Below, piece after piece: positions 46,733 through 56,319 of a stretch of DNA of 56,370 bases. A program made the translations under genes and the position numbers. Where the stretch lies: assembly GCA_016207405.1 (NCBI GenBank), contig JACQPQ010000034.1:1-56370 (forward strand), in the 5' to 3' direction. Every line of letters begins with the position of its first letter. Position 1 is the stretch's first letter. The notes beneath the pieces are model-generated. The model was given only the letters and a program-made list of their open reading frames with translations. It was not told the DNA's origin and did not search any database. The stretch comes from Gammaproteobacteria bacterium. GTDB lineage: Bacteria; Pseudomonadota; Gammaproteobacteria; JACQPQ01.

Positions 46733-47695
46733 GTGTGGCAACCCACCGCTTCTTTACAAAACTTAGCGCAAAGAGCAGAAGTTCTTTGTAAAATCCGACA
46801 CTTTTTTGCGGAACGTCATATTCTGGAAGTAGAAACCCCTCTTCTTTCGGGAGCAACGAACCCTGATCCAAACTTGGATTCACTTTCCTTGAGCCTTGCA
46901 AGGAATACCGCTCACGCAAAAACGTATTATCTTCAAACTTCTCCTGAGTTTGCGATGAAGCGCCTCCTCGCAGCAGGAAGCGGACCTATTTATCAAATTT
47001 GCAAAGCCTTTCGCGATGGGGAACACGGGCGCTTGCATAACCCAGAATTTACGCTTCTTGAATGGTATAGACCCAACTTTACTCTTGAAGAACTGATGAC
47101 TGAAGTAGACGCACTCTTTGCATGGCTTTTTTCGTTTCAGAAGGCCAAACGGATAACGTATGCGGATTTGTTTCAGGAGTTTCTCGAGATCAATCCTCAT
47201 ACGGCAGATCTTGCCACCCTAGAAGCGCTTGCACGCTCTCACAATCGAGACGCATTCCATCATTTAACGTTAAACGATAAAGATGATTGGCTACAGCTCC
47301 TTATGACGCACTTTATTGAACCTTTTTTAGGGTTTGTCACGCCTGTGTTTGTCTATGGCTATCCGGCATCCCAAGCCGCGCTTGCCGCTATTTCCAAAAG
47401 CACGCCTGAAGTCGCCGAACGATTCGAGATTTATATGAATGGCATCGAAATTGGCAACGCTTTTTTTGAACTAACCGATCCAGCCAGCCAACGGCGTCGT
47501 TTTGAAGAGAACACTCAAAAACGGCAACAGCTTAAAAAACCCGTTCTCCCTTTCGATGAACATTTTCTTCAAGCATTGGAACATGGGCTACCCACTTGCT
47601 CTGGAATTGCCATAGGCCTTGACCGTTTAATGATGGTCAAAACAGGTGCAAAAACCATTGGCGAAGTCATGGCTTTCCATATTGAACATGCTTAA
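46733..47695 (+). CDS. epmA: EF-P lysine aminoacylase
   Basis: [31 protein letters not shown] motifs. Confidence 0.96.
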   Translation: MWQPTASLQNLAQRAEVLCKIRHFFAERHILEVETPLLSGATNPDPNLDSLSLSLARNTAHAKTYYLQTSPEFAMKRLLAAGSGPIYQICKAFRDGEHGRLHNPEFTLLEWYRPNFTLEELMTEVDALFAWLFSFQKAKRITYADLFQEFLEINPHTADLATLEALARSHNRDAFHHLTLNDKDDWLQLLMTHFIEPFLGFVTPVFVYGYPASQAALAAISKSTPEVAERFEIYMNGIEIGNAFFELTDPASQRRRFEENTQKRQQLKKPVLPFDEHFLQALEHGLPTCSGIAIGLDRLMMVKTGAKTIGEVMAFHIEHA

Positions 47696-47712
47696 TATGG
47701 AATGGAAAAATC

Positions 47713-47803
47713 GGAGAGGTGGCTGAGTGGTCGAAAGCGGCGGTCTTGAAAACCGTTGAAGGGTTTATTCCTTCCGGGGGTTCGAATCCCTCCCTCTCCG
47801 CCA
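47713..47803 (+). tRNA. tRNA-Ser (TGA)
   Basis: GGAGAGG/CCTCTCC acceptor stem, anticodon loop CTTGAAA, long variable arm, GTTCGAATC T-loop, GCCA end. Confidence 0.96.
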
Positions 47804-47827
47804 AAATGAGTATTTCTTGCAAGACCC

Positions 47828-47857
47828 TTGACAATATGTAAAAGTGTGTTCTAGTAT
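47828..47857 (+). promoter_or_regulatory. Putative sigma70 promoter for the mtrAB cluster
   Basis: TTGACA, 18-nt spacer, TAGTAT. Confidence 0.55.
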
Positions 47858-47938
47858 TTTAACACTCGGAAGTTGAGTATGGTACGTTAGTTTAATCGGG
47901 GAATAAGGAGAGTTCCTATTCACACAAAAGCACACCGC

Positions 47939-48868
47939 TTGGTAAACCTTCAAAGGCAAGGATTAATTTTAATTGGCTTATTATGTGTTGCGAATGTTTC
48001 TCTACTCGCTTCGGATAACAGCCCCCCTCCCACAACAAACATGGCACAATGCACTAAGTGTCATGATGAAAGCACCGCCCCTGTTTTACCCTTATTACAA
48101 TCCAAACATGCGGTTATAGCAGACAACAAAACCCCTTTTGCAGACCGCTCATGCCAAACGTGCCATGGCATGAGCGAAGAACACATGAAAGGTTCTGAAG
48201 CGGGAGGACCGCGCCCTTCTCCCAACATTCGATTTGATTCCAAGTCCAACACCTCCATTTCAGAGCAGAATGGAACTTGTTTAAGTTGTCATCGTTCTGG
48301 ATCCAGGATGAAATGGAAGGGTAGCCAGCACGAAATGAAAGGCGTTAGATGTGTCAGTTGCCATACGATACACACGGAGAACGCCAAGGTTTTAGATAAA
48401 AAAAACCAAGCAGAAGTCTGTTTTATCTGTCATAAGACACAGAAGGCAGAGAGTTATAAGTTTTCCTCTCATCCCATTCAAGAAGGAAAGGTCGTTTGTT
48501 CCTCTTGCCATAATCCCCATGGTTCTGTAGGACCAAAACTTTTGAATAAAGCGACGGTTAACGAAACCTGTTACACCTGCCATGCGGAAAAGCGAGGGCC
48601 ATTTTTATGGGAACACCCGCCGGTGCGGGAAGACTGCTTAAATTGTCACACACCCCATGGGTCCATCCATAAACCGCTTCTTAAATCAAGAGGCCCCTGG
48701 TTATGCCAACAATGTCATTTAGCACAATTTCATCCGAGTGCGGTCTATAGTGGTACAGGGGTTCCGCCTGTCGGAGCCGCCGATCAACTATTAGGCAAAA
48801 ATTGTTTGAATTGTCACTTCGAGCCACATGGATCTAACCATCCTTCAGGTGCAAGGAAAACGAGGTAG
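47939..48868 (+). CDS. mtrA: Periplasmic decaheme c-type cytochrome (MtrA/MtoA/PioA/DmsE family); true start uncertain
   Basis: Ten CxxCH motifs counted; CHAEKRGPFLWEH and HGSNHPSG signatures; signal peptide. Confidence 0.93.
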   Translation: MVNLQRQGLILIGLLCVANVSLLASDNSPPPTTNMAQCTKCHDESTAPVLPLLQSKHAVIADNKTPFADRSCQTCHGMSEEHMKGSEAGGPRPSPNIRFDSKSNTSISEQNGTCLSCHRSGSRMKWKGSQHEMKGVRCVSCHTIHTENAKVLDKKNQAEVCFICHKTQKAESYKFSSHPIQEGKVVCSSCHNPHGSVGPKLLNKATVNETCYTCHAEKRGPFLWEHPPVREDCLNCHTPHGSIHKPLLKSRGPWLCQQCHLAQFHPSAVYSGTGVPPVGAADQLLGKNCLNCHFEPHGSNHPSGARKTR

Positions 48869-48903
48869 AAAGGGATAAGAGGTAAGGGATAGGGGGTAAG
48901 GGA

Positions 48904-51201
48904 ATGAAAATTCATAACAAAATATTTATAGCCATTTTATATTTAACCGCTTTTCCTCTTTTGGCTGAAGATGATCCCTTTTCTTTGGGCACAGGTGACG
49001 GAAGTTTTTCTCGAGAAGCGACCCCTCCCCTACCTTCCCATCGTCCTACGAGCGAACTTGAAATAGGACTTGGGTCTATCAGCCAAGATTCTTTTAAATT
49101 TGGAGAGTATACGGGGCAGGAAGAAAAAGGCCCTTATGTTATAGGTAATCTAAACATTCACCGTCTGGGTACTGTTGATAGCACAACGCTTGACAACGAC
49201 GCGGCACTCTACTGGATTTTAAAAGGCAGAGCGTTGGGGTTGAATTCGCGAGAGTTAGGATTAGAGACTGGAGTACAAGGCGATTATAAGCTATGGGTTG
49301 GCTATGACCAATTGCCAAAATTTCAAACAGATACCGCTAAGACTCCCTTTAGAGGAGTGGGAGGAGATACGCTTACTTTACCCGCAGGGTGGGTGGCTGC
49401 AACAACGACAGCCGGGATGACGGCATTAAATAGTAGTCTGCAAGATTTAAAAATAAGCCACGAACGTAAGAATTATAAAATCGGATTTTCTAAATTATTT
49501 GGCTCTCATTGGGGTTTTAAAACACAGTATCAGCATGAAACAAAAGAAGGAAAGACAATTACAGGCGCTGTTATTGGTAACTCAGGGGCAAATCCGAGGT
49601 CCGTTTTAATTCCGCAGCCTATTGATTATGTCACTCACCAATTTGAAGCTGTATTAGAGTTTACAGGGCAAAAGGGGCAATTTGAACTGGGGTATTATGG
49701 TTCTCTGTTTAATGACAAGGAAAATTCGTTGACGTGGGAAAATCCTTATTCCACCATTACGACCCCCCCACCAGGATGGAGTGCAGCCGCTGGGTTTCCA
49801 ACAGGACAAGGAAGAATCGGTTTACCGCCGGATAATCAGTTTCATCAGATTTTAGCTTCTGGGGGATATGCATTTACGAAGAATACGCGCCTCACGATGT
49901 ATGGAGCGGTTGGAAGGATGACTCAGGATGAAACCTTCCTCCCCTATACCGTCAATTCTGGGTTAACAGCAGCAACGCCTTTGCCCCGTACTTCTTTAGA
50001 TGGAAGGATTGACACGACTCTTTTCGATCTCCATCTACTGTCACATCCTTTAGATCCCCTCAATCTTATCGCTCACTATCGGTATGATGACCGGGATAAT
50101 CAAACCCCCCAGGCCCAGTACATTTATATAGGAGGGGATTCTCAAAACCAGGGAACCGTAACAACTACCAATGACAAAGTGAGAACCAATCTTCCCTATG
50201 GGTTTAAACAACAGAAGTTAAAGGGGGAAGCAGATTATGAGATATGGGCTCGAACTCACTTACAGGGTAGGTATGAATACGAAGAAACGAAACGAACCTT
50301 TTCAGAAGTTAAGAAGACAAAAGAACACACCTATAAAGTGGAATTAAGAAAAAATGCTTCAGAGCTTGTGCGAGGAGGGGTTCGTTTTCTTCAGGGGTTC
50401 CGGAGAGGTTCCACTTATCAAGGGAATCTTCCTTATTTACTGAGTTACTCTAATTCATTTACCGGTGCACAAGCTGCAAATGTGCGATTTGATAATCATC
50501 CCCTCATGAGGAAGTTTAATCTGGGGAATAGAGATAGAACTCAGTTTGGCGCTTTTGTGATGGCAGAGCCGCATGAAATGGCAACTGTGCAATTAGCAGT
50601 CGACTGGAATGACAATGATTACCCAAGATCCACACTAGGCTTAAGAGGAAGTGAAGGGCAGATCTATACGTTCGATGCTGCCTTGGCACCCAAAGATGGT
50701 TTGACTGCTCATGCTTTTTATACCTATGAGCATTTAAAATCAGACCAAAAGGGTCGCTATTTTCTTGGTGGTGCACCAAAAGCTATTCAGTCAGCTGATT
50801 CTACCCGCGACTGGACGGCTAAACAGCGGGACGGAGTAGATACGATAGGTTTAGGTTTTGAGGCAACCCCAAACTTAAGCAAATGGAAGGGTGGGGCAGA
50901 ATATACGTATGCTCGCTCTCGTGGGAAGGTACATGTCAGAACAGGACCTTCTTTAGTACCTGCAGCAATAAATTTACCGCTTTTAACAACAGAGCTTCAT
51001 AGACTGGATGTTTTTTTAAAGTACAAAATAAAAGAATCGCTTTCAACCAAGTTCAATATTCTCTACGAAAAATTTAATTCGCAAGACTGGGCGCTGGATA
51101 ACACAACCGCCACCACATTAGCAGGTGTCATTTTAACGGGAGAAAAGAGCCCGGATTACTCAGTAACTGTTTTCGGGGTATCGCTATTGTATGCTTTTTG
51201 A
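48904..51201 (+). CDS. mtrB: Decaheme-associated outer membrane beta-barrel (MtrB/MtoB/PioB family)
   Basis: Signal peptide, FGEYTG, PIDY, PPDNQFHQ, QDETFLPY, YDDRDN motifs; C-terminal YAF; directly follows the decaheme gene. Confidence 0.92.
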   Translation: MKIHNKIFIAILYLTAFPLLAEDDPFSLGTGDGSFSREATPPLPSHRPTSELEIGLGSISQDSFKFGEYTGQEEKGPYVIGNLNIHRLGTVDSTTLDNDAALYWILKGRALGLNSRELGLETGVQGDYKLWVGYDQLPKFQTDTAKTPFRGVGGDTLTLPAGWVAATTTAGMTALNSSLQDLKISHERKNYKIGFSKLFGSHWGFKTQYQHETKEGKTITGAVIGNSGANPRSVLIPQPIDYVTHQFEAVLEFTGQKGQFELGYYGSLFNDKENSLTWENPYSTITTPPPGWSAAAGFPTGQGRIGLPPDNQFHQILASGGYAFTKNTRLTMYGAVGRMTQDETFLPYTVNSGLTAATPLPRTSLDGRIDTTLFDLHLLSHPLDPLNLIAHYRYDDRDNQTPQAQYIYIGGDSQNQGTVTTTNDKVRTNLPYGFKQQKLKGEADYEIWARTHLQGRYEYEETKRTFSEVKKTKEHTYKVELRKNASELVRGGVRFLQGFRRGSTYQGNLPYLLSYSNSFTGAQAANVRFDNHPLMRKFNLGNRDRTQFGAFVMAEPHEMATVQLAVDWNDNDYPRSTLGLRGSEGQIYTFDAALAPKDGLTAHAFYTYEHLKSDQKGRYFLGGAPKAIQSADSTRDWTAKQRDGVDTIGLGFEATPNLSKWKGGAEYTYARSRGKVHVRTGPSLVPAAINLPLLTTELHRLDVFLKYKIKESLSTKFNILYEKFNSQDWALDNTTATTLAGVILTGEKSPDYSVTVFGVSLLYAF

Positions 51202-51250
51202 AGGTATGGGGTGACGGGATATCGGGATATTACGGACACATTGAATAGAG

Positions 51251-51308
51251 GTCACACCCATCCAGTATTAAGATCTCAATGCTGGATGACAGCTTTCGCT
51301 GGTATGAC
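51251..51308. repeat. Degenerate palindromic element / stem-loop between mtrB and the second porin
   Basis: CATCCAGTATT...AATGCTGGATG stem followed by CAGCTTTCGCTG; flanked by GTCA..TGAC. Confidence 0.55.
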
Positions 51309-51365
51309 AGTAGAGAATTTTTTAATTGTGCTAAATAGATACTAAAGCACAAAGGGAGATTAATC

Positions 51366-52574
51366 ATGCAAAAAACAAGGATAGTGTGCATAGCCGTAAG
51401 CCTTTTTATTTTTGTATTCAGTTCTTCGAAACTTGTCTGGGCCGATACTGAACTCGATGCGCTCAAAAAGGAATTTAAAATCATGCAGGAAAAAATGGAA
51501 CCTTTACAAACAAGGATTGAACAACTAGAAAAACGAGATGAAAGTAAAACCGCTCAGACAGAGAGCCTCCCCCCAAAAAGCGTTCTTTCTAACTATACTT
51601 TAGGAGAAGGATTTAAGCCTTTTGGAGAATCCGGCGTAACGCTGGGTGGATTTGGTACTGTTTTAGGTGACAAGCAACAAAATTCTCACTCTTCTTTTCG
51701 CATAAAAGCATTTCACCTGTATGTAGATGTTCCTTTAGGAGAAAAGTTTAAGTCTTTGGCTGAGATGGAATTTGAAGATGGAGGTAATGTAAATGCAAGT
51801 GACGGGACAGAGGGAAAGATTTTATTATCGAGATTCTGGGTTAATTGGAAGATACATGACAAGGTAAATTTGAACTTCGGTAAAGAACTCAATTCTGCAA
51901 ATGGCCCGTATAATCTTTTGTATATTCACCCTTTACTTCCCACTGCAACCAAACCACTTAAAGTAAATAAGGCACGATTACAACAGCAGATCACAGGGGC
52001 ACGCGTGTGGGGCAACCTTTTTGCTAAAGATTGGGAAGTGGCCTATTGGTTAGGAGCTTCCAATGGCAGTGGGCCTACGCCCGATTTTACAGACACAAAT
52101 AATAATAAGATGCTGTATGGGAGACTACAAGTTGTTCCACCTTTGGGTGATAAAGGAGAGCTAAAAGTAGGCATCGTAGGGACGAATGGCAAAGACGGTA
52201 ATTTGCATAATGCGAGAGAAAACGGTACAGGAGTGGATCTGACCTATTATTATAAGAAGTTTGGGCTATGGGGGGAATGGTATAAAAGTTGGGTTAATCC
52301 TAGTACACAAGCTGATTTTACTTCGAAGACTTTTTTCCTTATGGGGTTGTACAAGCTCATGCCGAAATGGACTGCAATTGTACGCTATGAAGAAAATGAT
52401 ACCAAATCTACAGCTAAGACATCTAACTTTGTAGATGGAAATCGGTGGGTATGGGCGGTAAATTATCGGCCCATACCGCCTATAAGGTTTGGATTAGAAT
52501 ATGTAAAACATGATGAAGAGCAGAATAAAATAAGAAACAACAGTTTGATAGGGAGTGTAAGTATGATGTTTTAA
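51366..52574 (+). CDS. Putative outer membrane porin (beta-barrel) with N-terminal coiled coil
   Basis: Signal peptide, ELDALKKE..IEQLE coiled coil, amphipathic strands, EMEFEDG, terminal Phe. Confidence 0.75.
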   Translation: MQKTRIVCIAVSLFIFVFSSSKLVWADTELDALKKEFKIMQEKMEPLQTRIEQLEKRDESKTAQTESLPPKSVLSNYTLGEGFKPFGESGVTLGGFGTVLGDKQQNSHSSFRIKAFHLYVDVPLGEKFKSLAEMEFEDGGNVNASDGTEGKILLSRFWVNWKIHDKVNLNFGKELNSANGPYNLLYIHPLLPTATKPLKVNKARLQQQITGARVWGNLFAKDWEVAYWLGASNGSGPTPDFTDTNNNKMLYGRLQVVPPLGDKGELKVGIVGTNGKDGNLHNARENGTGVDLTYYYKKFGLWGEWYKSWVNPSTQADFTSKTFFLMGLYKLMPKWTAIVRYEENDTKSTAKTSNFVDGNRWVWAVNYRPIPPIRFGLEYVKHDEEQNKIRNNSLIGSVSMMF

Positions 52575-52609
52575 TAGGGTGATCTCGGTTATGGATAACG
52601 AGAATGTGT

Positions 52610-53074
52610 ATGAAAAAATATGTTTTCCTGTTTATTATTTTCCTTGCAAATTTTGCCTTACCTGTTTTCGCTGAGCCTATCGCTATTATCGTTAACAAAA
52701 ATAACCCGCAAAACGAAATTTCACTTAAAGAACTCGATAACATTTATAGGGCAAAGGCAACTACATGGAATAACGGAAGCCAAATTGTCCCTATAAACCA
52801 AGAACTTACTGCCACCAAAGGAATAAGAGAGGCTTTTTCCAGAATCATCCACAACGCGTCATTAGATGACATACAAGCATTTTGGCTAGGACAGCGCTAT
52901 AAAGGAATAAAACCACCCCTCACGCAACAATCAAGCCTTGCCGTAAAGCGAATGGTTGCCAACGTAGAAGAAGCGGTCGGATATATTTATGCAAATGAAG
53001 TAGACGATTCTGTGAAGGTTTTAAAGGTGGATGGTCTAAGTCCCAACGATCCTGGTTATAAAATTAATGATTAG
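52610..53074 (+). CDS. Small periplasmic substrate-binding-like protein (PstS-like fragment)
   Basis: Signal peptide; [19 protein letters not shown]...TW; [17 protein letters not shown]. Confidence 0.8.
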   Translation: MKKYVFLFIIFLANFALPVFAEPIAIIVNKNNPQNEISLKELDNIYRAKATTWNNGSQIVPINQELTATKGIREAFSRIIHNASLDDIQAFWLGQRYKGIKPPLTQQSSLAVKRMVANVEEAVGYIYANEVDDSVKVLKVDGLSPNDPGYKIND

Positions 53075-53082
53075 ATAAAACA

Positions 53083-55149
53083 ATGGAACTATTCAACAAA
53101 GGGATACGTGAAAGATTGATGGCAGTATTTGTAGTTTTGTCATTGGTGCTTATCGTTATCGTGGGAAGTATAAGTTATTACCACGGGCGCAAAATCATTA
53201 TGGAATCGATTAGCGCTAAACTTCCTACCTTTGCTTCTCAGATCATACAGAAGATAGACACAATGTTTTATTTTGTTTCGAAAGATACTCAGGCCTGGGC
53301 GGGCTTGGACATTATGCAAGATGTTTTAACAAAAGATGTGGATGCAAGGATAACTTCACTCCTGAGTAAATTAAAGGAAGGTTATGGAGTTTATAAAAAC
53401 ATCTATTGTGTGGATGAGAAGGGGAACATTATTGCGAGTTCTAATCCCAAGTCTATAGGAACCCATGTGGGAGGTGAAGACTGGGTTAAGGAAGCTCTGG
53501 GAGGAAAAACGGTTATCAAGGATGTATATCTTTCTCCTCTTGATAATGCAATGGTGGTTAACTTGGCCGTACCGGTTTATGCGCTACAGGGTACTAATAA
53601 AATTATTGGGGTTCTATCTTCGCATTTCGACTGGCAGCAGATTGTAACGACTATCAACACGGCTATGATGGATAATAAACCGCAAAGCAGATCCTCTCAT
53701 TTGGTTATGATCAACAAAGAAGGGTTAGCATTGAGTGATGCGTCTTTTGATAAAGAAAGAAGAGAGACGGGATTATTAAAAGATAATCTCATTCATCAAG
53801 GTTTAAAGTCAGCAGATCTTGCTCGTGAAGGAAAGAGTGGTTGGATGGTAGAAAAGAATGAATATGGAATTGAAAGTCTTATTGGTTTTGCCTCTTCAAA
53901 AGGATTGGGGGATTTTAAAGGATTAGAATGGTCAGTATTAGCGATGACTTCTCTGCAAGAAGCCTATACACCTATCAGAAATCTGCGTGATGTAATGGCG
54001 CTGACAGGCCTTTTGTTACTTATTATGGTTATCTTTATCACTTATTTTATGTCCCTCAGCCTAGTCAAACCACTGAATTTGCTTCTGATGGCAGCGCATA
54101 ACCTTGCTTCTCGCGCGGGCGATCTGAGGCAAAAAATCGCCATATCCACAAGTGATGAAATAGGAAAACTCGCAGGGGCATTTAACGCAATGATCGATTC
54201 ATTGCATGACATGGTCTATCAAGTACGTCACACGGCTGACAAAGTTATTAATTCTGCTCAGGAGTTATCTGCCTCTAATGAGGAAATGAACTCTTCCATT
54301 CAACAGGTTTCTACTGCCATTGCGCAAGTTGCCCAGGGAGCATCAAATCAGGCTAACAAACTTGAAGAAACATTTGAAGTGGTAGAAAAAGCATCGGTTG
54401 CTTTAAAACAGATGGTAGATAATGCACAAATGGCAAGTGCTTCGGGAAACGAGACCAATGACCATGCCGAAAAGGGACGAGTCTTTGCTGCCGAATCAGT
54501 TGCAAAAATCGAATTCCTCGCAAAAACGGTAATGGACACTGTAAAAGTTATCCAGGGTTTAGGAGAGAAGTCAGAGCAAATTAGTGAAATTACTGGAACG
54601 ATTACCTCTATTGCAGACCAAACCAACTTGCTGGCTTTAAACGCAGCGATTGAAGCGGCACGCGCTGGGGAAGCTGGAAGAGGCTTTGCGGTGGTCGCTG
54701 AAGAAGTACGTAAACTTGCTGAAGGATCAGCAATCGCTGTGAGAAAAATTGATGCCCTTATCAAGTCCATACAAACTGAAACCAATCGAGCTATAAGCTC
54801 AATAGACGTGAGTTCCAAAGAAGCTCAGGAAGGAAGGAATCAAGTTACTAAGATAGCAGAAGGATTAGTAGAAATTAGCAAATCCGCTGGGCAATCCGCG
54901 GATTTAGCAAAGCAAATATGGCACGCCGGCACCCAACAGGTTGAGGAAACAAAACATATAAAGGAGTCCATCCAACAAATCGGCGTGATTGCCAAAGAAT
55001 TTGCTGCCACCTCCCAAGAAGTATCTGCAAGTACCGAAGAACAGACCGCGGCTATGCAAGAAATGGCCGCCTCAGCGCAAGAGCTGGCGAATACATCCAT
55101 AGACTTAAAAACGCTGTTTGATAAATTTAAGTTAAGAGGGGAGAAATAA
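53083..55149 (+). CDS. Methyl-accepting chemotaxis protein (2 TM, dCache-like sensor, HAMP, MCP signalling domain)
   Basis: [38 protein letters not shown]; DEIGKLA HAMP motif. Confidence 0.96.
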   Translation: MELFNKGIRERLMAVFVVLSLVLIVIVGSISYYHGRKIIMESISAKLPTFASQIIQKIDTMFYFVSKDTQAWAGLDIMQDVLTKDVDARITSLLSKLKEGYGVYKNIYCVDEKGNIIASSNPKSIGTHVGGEDWVKEALGGKTVIKDVYLSPLDNAMVVNLAVPVYALQGTNKIIGVLSSHFDWQQIVTTINTAMMDNKPQSRSSHLVMINKEGLALSDASFDKERRETGLLKDNLIHQGLKSADLAREGKSGWMVEKNEYGIESLIGFASSKGLGDFKGLEWSVLAMTSLQEAYTPIRNLRDVMALTGLLLLIMVIFITYFMSLSLVKPLNLLLMAAHNLASRAGDLRQKIAISTSDEIGKLAGAFNAMIDSLHDMVYQVRHTADKVINSAQELSASNEEMNSSIQQVSTAIAQVAQGASNQANKLEETFEVVEKASVALKQMVDNAQMASASGNETNDHAEKGRVFAAESVAKIEFLAKTVMDTVKVIQGLGEKSEQISEITGTITSIADQTNLLALNAAIEAARAGEAGRGFAVVAEEVRKLAEGSAIAVRKIDALIKSIQTETNRAISSIDVSSKEAQEGRNQVTKIAEGLVEISKSAGQSADLAKQIWHAGTQQVEETKHIKESIQQIGVIAKEFAATSQEVSASTEEQTAAMQEMAASAQELANTSIDLKTLFDKFKLRGEK

Positions 55150-55181
55150 TATCAAAAAATAGCGTTTATTCTGTATCAAAA

Positions 55182-55811
55182 ATGAATGACAAAACTAAAA
55201 ATTCCTTTACTTCGTTCGATTTATTGCAAAAAATAGGGATGCTTGGCTCTAAAAAAGCGGCTGCTGCGTTAGCCGAGTTTCTGAATTGTGAAGTAGAAAT
55301 ACCTCTATCAGAAGCCAATATCATTCCACTCAAATCATTAAACACCATTTTTGGAAATCTTGAGAACTTATATTTTGTTATGGATGGTGAAGTTACAGGA
55401 GAGATAGAAGGAAGAACTTGTTTTTTTCTCTCTCCTCAAGAGGCACAAAACTTAGGTGCCATTCTTTTAAAAAAGAATACGGAAATAAGCCGTGATGATC
55501 CCCTTTTCCAATCTGCATTAAATGAAGTCATGAACATTATATCTGGAGCTTATATCAATGTATTAGCGGATAAAATCCATGCAAAAATAATGCGCGGTCC
55601 ACCCTCGTTAGCCATAGATATGGTGGGCGCTATTTTAGATTTTTTATACGCCTATTTTAATTCACATACGAGCAACGTATTTCTCATAAAAACAAAGTTG
55701 AAAGTAAAAAATTCGCCTTATGAAGGATTGTTTATTTTCCTCCCTAAAAAGGAATCCATAGAAAAAGTATTTGGGAGCTATTCAGCCTATTTCCAAAATC
55801 AGTCGAATTGA
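55182..55811 (+). CDS. cheC: CheC-family CheY-P phosphatase
   Basis: AAAALAEFL, SALNEVMNII (ExxN), PPSLAIDMVGAIL motifs. Confidence 0.85.
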   Translation: MNDKTKNSFTSFDLLQKIGMLGSKKAAAALAEFLNCEVEIPLSEANIIPLKSLNTIFGNLENLYFVMDGEVTGEIEGRTCFFLSPQEAQNLGAILLKKNTEISRDDPLFQSALNEVMNIISGAYINVLADKIHAKIMRGPPSLAIDMVGAILDFLYAYFNSHTSNVFLIKTKLKVKNSPYEGLFIFLPKKESIEKVFGSYSAYFQNQSN

Positions 55812-55817
55812 TTTGTT

Positions 55818-56315
55818 ATGCAAGAATCCATTGAAACCACTCAAGAATTGCAACTCGTGGTCTTTCAGATCGGAAAAGAAGAGTTTGGAGTTAATATTAA
55901 TCAGGTAAGGGAAATCATTAAACTGACTCCGATTACTCCTATTCCACGAGTATCTCCTTATATCGAAGGCGTTATCAATTTACGCGGACAAATTTTAGCA
56001 ATTGTCGATCTTGCTAAAAAGTTAGACTTAAAAAAAACGATTTATTCAGAAAAAACGAAAATTATTATCATAGAACTTGAGGAAACCAAGGTTGGAATTA
56101 TTGTTAATGAAGTCACTGAGGTATTACGCTTTTCTACAAAAGATATTGAACTGCCATCTGGTTTAATTATGAACAAAGAGATCCAACCCTATATCAAAGG
56201 CGTGGGGAAATTAGGGGATCGCCTATTAGTCATTATTGATCTGGCCGCTATCTTTTCTTCAACAGAGATGCAGGAAATAAACAAAAATATAAATGAGAAG
56301 AAAAATGAGGAATAA
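55818..56315 (+). CDS. cheW: Chemotaxis coupling protein CheW
   Basis: QLVVF, EEFG, VREII, EGVINLRGQI motifs. Confidence 0.95.
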   Translation: MQESIETTQELQLVVFQIGKEEFGVNINQVREIIKLTPITPIPRVSPYIEGVINLRGQILAIVDLAKKLDLKKTIYSEKTKIIIIELEETKVGIIVNEVTEVLRFSTKDIELPSGLIMNKEIQPYIKGVGKLGDRLLVIIDLAAIFSSTEMQEINKNINEKKNEE

Positions 56316-56319
56316 ATAA

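Noticed and set aside
45065-47695. epmB-efp-epmA as a novel radical SAM system
   Set aside because: Well-known EF-P beta-lysylation cluster.
47713-47803. Selenocysteine or suppressor tRNA
   Set aside because: The anticodon is TGA, which reads UCA (Ser); tRNA-Sec would need TCA.
51202-51365. c-di-GMP riboswitch upstream of the porin and chemotaxis genes
   Set aside because: The GEMM core motifs (GGCAAAC..GAAA..GACGCAAAG) are missing; the hairpins fit a degenerate palindromic repeat better. An Rfam scan would settle it.
54348-55100. Minus-strand ORFs of 156 and 86 aa
   Set aside because: Antisense shadows of the MCP signalling domain.
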